Shown here: in pieces, positions 60,251-64,000 of the stretch
How the letters are laid out: the number at the start of each line of letters is the position of its first letter
Numbering within the stretch: position 1 is the stretch's first letter
From: Camelus dromedarius
Lineage: Eukaryota
DNA length: 64,000 nt
Assembly (NCBI RefSeq): GCF_036321535.1
Contig: NC_087437.1
Location: 68,822,001 to 68,886,000 of the forward strand
Direction of reading: 5' to 3'
Made by a program: the position numbers and the translations under genes
The notes under the pieces: generated by a model
Databases searched by the model: none
Told to the model about the DNA's origin: nothing
The model's input: the letters and a program-made list of their open reading frames with translations, nothing else

Positions 60251-63200
60251 TGAATTTTCCTTTAGAACAAGCTTTTCCAGGAGAAAGAAGGACTCTAATG
60301 GAAATGTTTTCAATACTGTTTCCCTGTCCCACTATGTAATAGCAGGGAAATATTGAATAATACATTTCAGTGAAGGTTCATATATTTTATGAGCAATTTT
60401 ATCAGAAATACTACTATTTTTCTAAATAGCATTATTATTAGTCTTTGGATTGTGCCAGAAAACTGTGAATATGTCAAAAATGACACAATCACTTTCACTT
60501 CTAGTCTAAGGTGCACAAAATCAAATACTGAACCAGAGGTAAAGTACACAGGATGATTGCATTTAATGAAGTTCACTTGCCTTTCCCTTTACATTGGAAA
60601 GTGAGGGGAGAATGTTCTTGAAGCAGAATTTGCTTGAAGTGAGTCAGTAAAATAGTAGACAATAATTTATAACCAAGAATAAGGGATAGCTTAGAAGAAT
60701 GCTAGGTATCAGTGTGGATGAGGTGACCACTGGGGAAGAGGCAGCGTAGTGAGTAATAAACGTCGAATTCAACTTCTTTTTTTTTTCCTCAGAGCCCCTA
60801 ATTGAGCAATGTGTAGAGATAGTTTCATTACATACTTCAAACTTAGGATTTATTTTCTCAAGGAGGATAGCTATAAAATCCTTTCCGGGTTGTAAAGAAT
60901 TATGCATATGCACATAAAAATATTTTGTAGAGTTTGTTATTGGAATTTAATAGTGACATTCACCAAGCTTTGCAATTCAAGATGTTACAGTCCTTTGCAG
61001 ACTCTACCCTGACTGTATTTCAAAGTTGTAGTGTGTATATGTGTATGTTTGTATTTATAGCAGATAGATAGATAGATAGTATATAAATCACTTGCTTGTT
61101 TTGTCTCAGGTTCATTCCCCATACTTCCCCGCCGCTCTGCTCTGTATCACGGGTCCCTTACCCTACGACTTACATTTTCCTGGTTCTGTTGTCAACCGGC
61201 TTCTGCTATGTTTAACCAGTAGGAGGCGCTGGTAGGAGACTGGCAATGACAGCAAATGATCCAGGCTATTTTTCTCATCTTTGTGTGCTTCTGTGTTTCT
61301 TCCATAGTCCCAGCTGTCACAGGGCAGCCTCTGCTGTGATTTCACATCCTGCTGAGTGGCCGGATGCCCAGGCCCATAGTAACAACTTCTCCTTGGATTC
61401 TAGAGATAGCGTCTTTTTGCCATTGCGAATTCCTGATTTACTTTATCATTCTCTGTTTAGTTTTCAGCTCTTCCATCATCACTGTAACTTCTTCCCTGGA
61501 TTAAATCCTTTTTAATGGACTCGCCACCTTGGGTTCTGTTTTCCTGACCATACTTACACTGTTTCTATAGGTTGAACTTAGAATTTTGAGTCTCTGTATA
61601 AGTTTAGTCCAAAGCCATTCCACCTTTTAAATGGTTATTGAGCCACCATACAGGTGCCAGCACATCTAGCCCAGCTTTCCTAGATCTTTGTATAACAACC
61701 CATGGCTTCACCTCTGATACCTCCACTTCAGCCTTGCTCCTTTTCAGGTCCACCCAATAGTGCTCTTAAACTCTTATTCCTCACTACAAATGCCAACCTG
61801 ATTGGAGAAGCAAACTGCTAATGTGCTTTAAAAAAAATTAAAGAAAAAAACCCATTCCAAACAATGTGATATTGACTTAAATTTTAATAGGAGTTTAAAG
61901 AAGGGAAAGACGTTTTGGAATTAAAAAAAAAAAAAAAAAAAAAAGGTTTGACATGTTTTTCTTCAAATGGGGAAGGATAAGCCTCAATTATACCTGAAGG
62001 GTTGGTGAAGCATGGATGGAAAATGGCCTTCTAGGTAAAAAAAGAAAGTGAGAAAATGGGTATGTAAATAAACACAGGGAGCTATAAAGGTCTGAGACTG
62101 CTAAGAGCCAAATGTGAGTGTGGGGAGCTCAGGAAAATAATGGTGGCTATCCACGAGAAAACACCATGAAATGTGCATAAAGGAGCTCAGAATGGCTGGC
62201 CTCCAACATCTGTGTGTAGAAGTAGAGAAATTCAGATGGTGAGAAAATGGCTGGAATGCAGAGTAATTGGAAATCTGTAAATGAGAAGTAAGTTTTTAGT
62301 TACTGCATAGGGGGTGGTTGGTCATTAGGTGATGGACCACAGAATCAACATCTGGAAAGGCAGGGTAAGGATAATCAGAATTAACCTGTCAGGCCACGTA
62401 GCCTGTATTTCCCTCTAAAAATTAACTCTTGAAGCATTGTACAGTATCTTGTTCTCTTGTACACACCATAGGATCTAATATAAGTTTTGGGAAATGTGTA
62501 GACTTTAATGGGCTCCATGCACATGTTAATTTATTGAAAAATGAACCAGTGGCATTCTTTTTTCATATTTTTGACATAACCTTTACAACATATATAGTTC
62601 ATCTTGGTGAAAAGAGATAACTTACCAATAACAAGGCATCAACTTAGGTGCTGCAAAGCCAGTCAATGGTAGGGCTTACTGGTTTTACTAAATAAGCATC
62701 ATTTGTGGTCTTATAATTTACCTTAAAAATTATTTTTGCCTACAAACAATCTGTCTTGTTGGGGTCTCTGGTTATAGAATAGCCCTTGGTAGATGTGTCC
62801 TGAGAGTCTTTAGTTAAGTTTGGAAAGATTGGGAGGAACCTGATGCTTCTGATTACTTTGGGAAAATAATATAAGAGAAATTCAAATTTAAAATGAGCGA
62901 TAATAGACTCAATGTGTTTTCTTTTGAAATTGTATTATAGTACATACTACAGTACATACGTAGTACATGCATATAGTACAGACAGTAAATTTTAAAAAGG
63001 TTAACGAGATAATGTTGGCACTGATATTTATTACTATTAGAAATTCACAGTGGATTTTAGAGGCCAAGTGAAGGGTTCCTTTCTTTAAGGGTCACTTGTA
63101 TCACATTACTTAATTTTGATGCCACTGTTCTTACTAAAGTCTGTGAAACCATTGCAAAAAAATAATAAAAAGATGAGATTTATGAATTTGATGCTCTCCA

Positions 63201-63414
63201 TTACTTCCTTTGACTTCCTTAGCTTAGACTTCAAACTATTAGTTTCAAGGCTGGACTCTCTTTAAGTGATAGATGTTAGAGAGTCTCTCATCCTTCTGTG
63301 TGTTCTTTCTTTCATACAACAGGAAATTGCCTTTGAATAGTTACAGAAAAACTTTAGCCCTAACAGAGTGTCTTGTTATACCCATCCATCCATCCATCCA
63401 AAAAAAAAAAAAAA

Positions 63415-63590
63415 TCTGGACCTTAAATTCCATTGGTAACTATGGGACTTTAAGGAAGTCGTGACTTTTGGGAACCTACGTTTTCCCAAATGAAAAATAT
63501 GTAAAGTATTATCTACTTTGTAATATTGCTGGAGGATTAAATGATGAAACTCGTAGATGCTTTATAAGCTTTAAAGGGATATATCAATAT
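63415..63590 (+). mobile_element. MIR SINE (degenerate)
   Basis: TAACTATGGGACTTTAAGGAAGTCGTG...GTTTTCCCAAATGAAAAAT...TGCTGGAGGATTAAATGATG. Confidence 0.55.
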
Positions 63591-64000
63591 TAAGTTTTCC
63601 TTTTTTTCTTTTTAACTAGTGCTTACTCTATGGAAAGTCTAAGCTAAGCTCTGGTGCGGGACATAGAAAATATGACTTCTCACCTCAAAAAATTGGTCGT
63701 GTAGTTAAGTGGAGCTAGTTAACTTGTTTTATCTGGTTCAGAAGGCCAAACGAAGCCCTCGGAAATAGTGTTTTCTGAGGCTAACACTAGTCTTGAAATC
63801 TAGACTTTCTCTCTGATTGTTCAAATAAGCATAATTAGAATATCATGGAAATCAAATTATATCAGAGTTGAAAAAATTTCTAGCAAGATTTTAATCCAGC
63901 AGCTTCATCGTTACAGACAATAAAACTCCAGCCTAAATAAATAAAGTTAATTGTCCACAGTCACTCAGCAAGGAAGTGAATGAATCAGGGATAGAATTCA

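Noticed and set aside
1..64000. Assignment to a named host gene, and any prokaryote-type system (CRISPR, operons)
   Set aside because: No recognisable coding exon or miRNA anchors the locus, so any gene name would be a guess. The DNA is clearly mammalian and shows no repeat-spacer arrays.

Overview
AT-rich, CpG-depleted eutherian genomic DNA with no recognisable host protein-coding exon, tRNA, rRNA or known miRNA. The only ORFs with recognisable protein content are decayed LINE-1 ORF2 fragments at 33.1-35.7 kb. About half the window is old interspersed repeats (MIR, L2, CR1/L3, MaLR/ERVL/ERV1 LTRs, hAT MITEs, L1M), often nested. Two younger L1 insertions resemble cetartiodactyl, probably camelid, L1s; I saw no Alu, B1, Bov-tA, PRE1 or CAN SINEs. 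Nearly all L1s are on the minus strand, which suggests (inference) a very long intron of a plus-strand transcription unit. The best non-repeat signals are: (1) a strong recursive-splice-site motif (branch point, polypyrimidine tract, AG|GTAAGT) with a 61-nt downstream exon at 56.9 kb; (2) a CpG-retaining 230-nt exon-like segment at 16.96-17.19 kb with nested base-pairing potential; (3) an AmnSINE1 (Deu-domain) relic at 45.6-45.9 kb beside a CpG-enriched promoter/first-exon-like region at 43.6-44.7 kb; (4) enhancer-like unique blocks at about 26.4, 55.4-55.9 and 59.9-60.2 kb. Repeat families were called by eye from remembered consensus sequences, boundaries are approximate, and the host locus was not identified.
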